16,864 bases of DNA from positions 1 to 16,864 of the forward strand of contig JBDKFG010000085.1 in assembly GCA_039798785.1 (NCBI GenBank), read 5' to 3'. This DNA is from Verrucomicrobiota bacterium (GTDB lineage: Bacteria; Verrucomicrobiota; Lentisphaeria; Lentisphaerales; Lentisphaeraceae). Made by a program: the position numbers and the translations under genes. Within the stretch, counting starts at the first letter, position 1. Each line of letters starts with the position of its first letter. Positions 15,895 through 16,864 of this stretch are shown one piece after another. The notes beneath the pieces are model-generated. The model searched no databases and was not told the origin of the DNA. It saw only the letters and a program-made list of their open reading frames with translations.

Positions 15895-16674
15895 ATGAAA
15901 TCAACCTTCTCGTCGATCCTTCTGGCCATCTCGGTTCCGCTTTTGGCGGAAGACCCGAAACCCGCCCACGCCCAGAGCCGGGAAAGCCTCGATAAGGCGC
16001 TGATCGAGGCGGTCCAGAAGGAGGACGTCGCCGAAACCCGACGTCTGCTGACGGCCGGCGCTGACGTCCGCCATGCTCTTACCTCCGGCAACACCGCCTT
16101 GCATTTCGCCGCGGCGGCGGGACATCTGGAGCTGGTGAAATGCCTGATCGCGGCCGGAGCCGAGCTCGCGGCCATGGACGCCAGCGGGAATCAAGCGATT
16201 CATGACGCGGTGGGGCAGGGTCACAAGGAGGTCGTCGAGGCTCTCCTGTCCGCGGGAGTCAGCCAGGAGGCCCAGGACGGCAGCAGGCAAAGGCTCTTGC
16301 ATCATGCGGTGAAACGTGGACAGGTGGAGATGGTGAAGTGGCTTCTGGCTCGCCGGGTCGAGGTCAACTGCGCTGATCGGATCGGCGTCGCTCCGCTCAG
16401 CCTGGCGGCGGAGAACGGCGATCTCGCCATGGTTCGTCTCCTGGTCGCAGCGGGAGCCCAGGTGGCGGCGAAGGAGAAGTCCGGAGACCAGGCCTTGCAC
16501 TACGCCGCAGTCAAGGGCTCGCTCGAGCTGGTGAAATTCCTGCGTGACCAGGGCGCCGACTTGAACGTCCGCAACAAGAACGGCGACACCGCATATTCTC
16601 TCGCGGCCAGCCAAGGACATGCGGCCCTGGCCGCCTGGCTGGTCAAGGAACTCGAAGGAGCTTCTCGGCCTTGA
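15895..16674 (+). CDS. exported ankyrin-repeat protein (about 7 repeats)
   Basis: GGAG RBS before ATG 15895. Signal peptide MKSTFSSILLAISVPLLA. Repeats include GNTALHFAAAAGHLELVKCLIAAGA and GDQALHYAAVKGSLELVKFLRDQGADLN. Confidence 0.9.
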   Translation: MKSTFSSILLAISVPLLAEDPKPAHAQSRESLDKALIEAVQKEDVAETRRLLTAGADVRHALTSGNTALHFAAAAGHLELVKCLIAAGAELAAMDASGNQAIHDAVGQGHKEVVEALLSAGVSQEAQDGSRQRLLHHAVKRGQVEMVKWLLARRVEVNCADRIGVAPLSLAAENGDLAMVRLLVAAGAQVAAKEKSGDQALHYAAVKGSLELVKFLRDQGADLNVRNKNGDTAYSLAASQGHAALAAWLVKELEGASRP

Positions 16675-16765
16675 GGTGCGATGCACAGTCAAGACAGGGA
16701 TGGGAAGCTCAAACTTCCAAAGTCGTCAGTCGTTGCTGTGGGATCATCCCTGCCAACAGGCGGCA

Positions 16766-16864
16766 TCACTCCACCGTCACCGACTTGGCGAGATTGCGCG
16801 GCTGGTCGATGGAGCAGCCGCGGGCGGCGGCGGCGTAGTAGGCGATGAGCTGGCCGGCGACGGC
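16766..16864 (-). CDS. glmS: glutamine--fructose-6-phosphate aminotransferase, C-terminal fragment (gene runs off the right edge)
   Basis: Manual translation [36 protein letters not shown] carries the conserved GlmS C-terminus [11 protein letters not shown]. Not in the ORF track. Confidence 0.95.
   Translation of the reverse strand, partial: AVAGQLIAYYAAAARGCSIDQPRNLAKSVTVE

Overview
GC-rich bacterial chromosomal window. The gene content suggests the PVC superphylum (inference, not a database result): a DWG-type Ser/Thr kinase, zinc-ribbon membrane proteins and a GSDH-family dehydrogenase. In order it holds a ~1095-aa repeat-rich, probably type I-secreted surface protein; a Zn-ribbon membrane protein; an exported protein with DnaJ-type CxxCxGxG motifs; an ApaH/PPP-family metallophosphoesterase; a lipoprotein plus Ser/Thr kinase pair; and two identical tandem tRNA-Asn(GTT) genes. 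Next come an HPr with Arg instead of Ser46 coupled to a 52-aa membrane peptide, an outer-membrane beta-barrel, a GSDH-family dehydrogenase and ribH. The window ends with an ABC-2-like permease, a Zn-ribbon pseudokinase, an exported ankyrin protein and the 3' end of glmS. The most unusual non-coding feature is a 201-bp AT-rich element (12642-12842) with perfect terminal inverted repeats, a candidate 5-bp TTGAA target duplication and nested internal inverted 8-mer repeats, which looks like a MITE or structured RNA in a 5' leader. I see no CRISPR array, integrase, transposase or clear multi-gene defence system, and I cannot establish a new biological system from the sequence alone.
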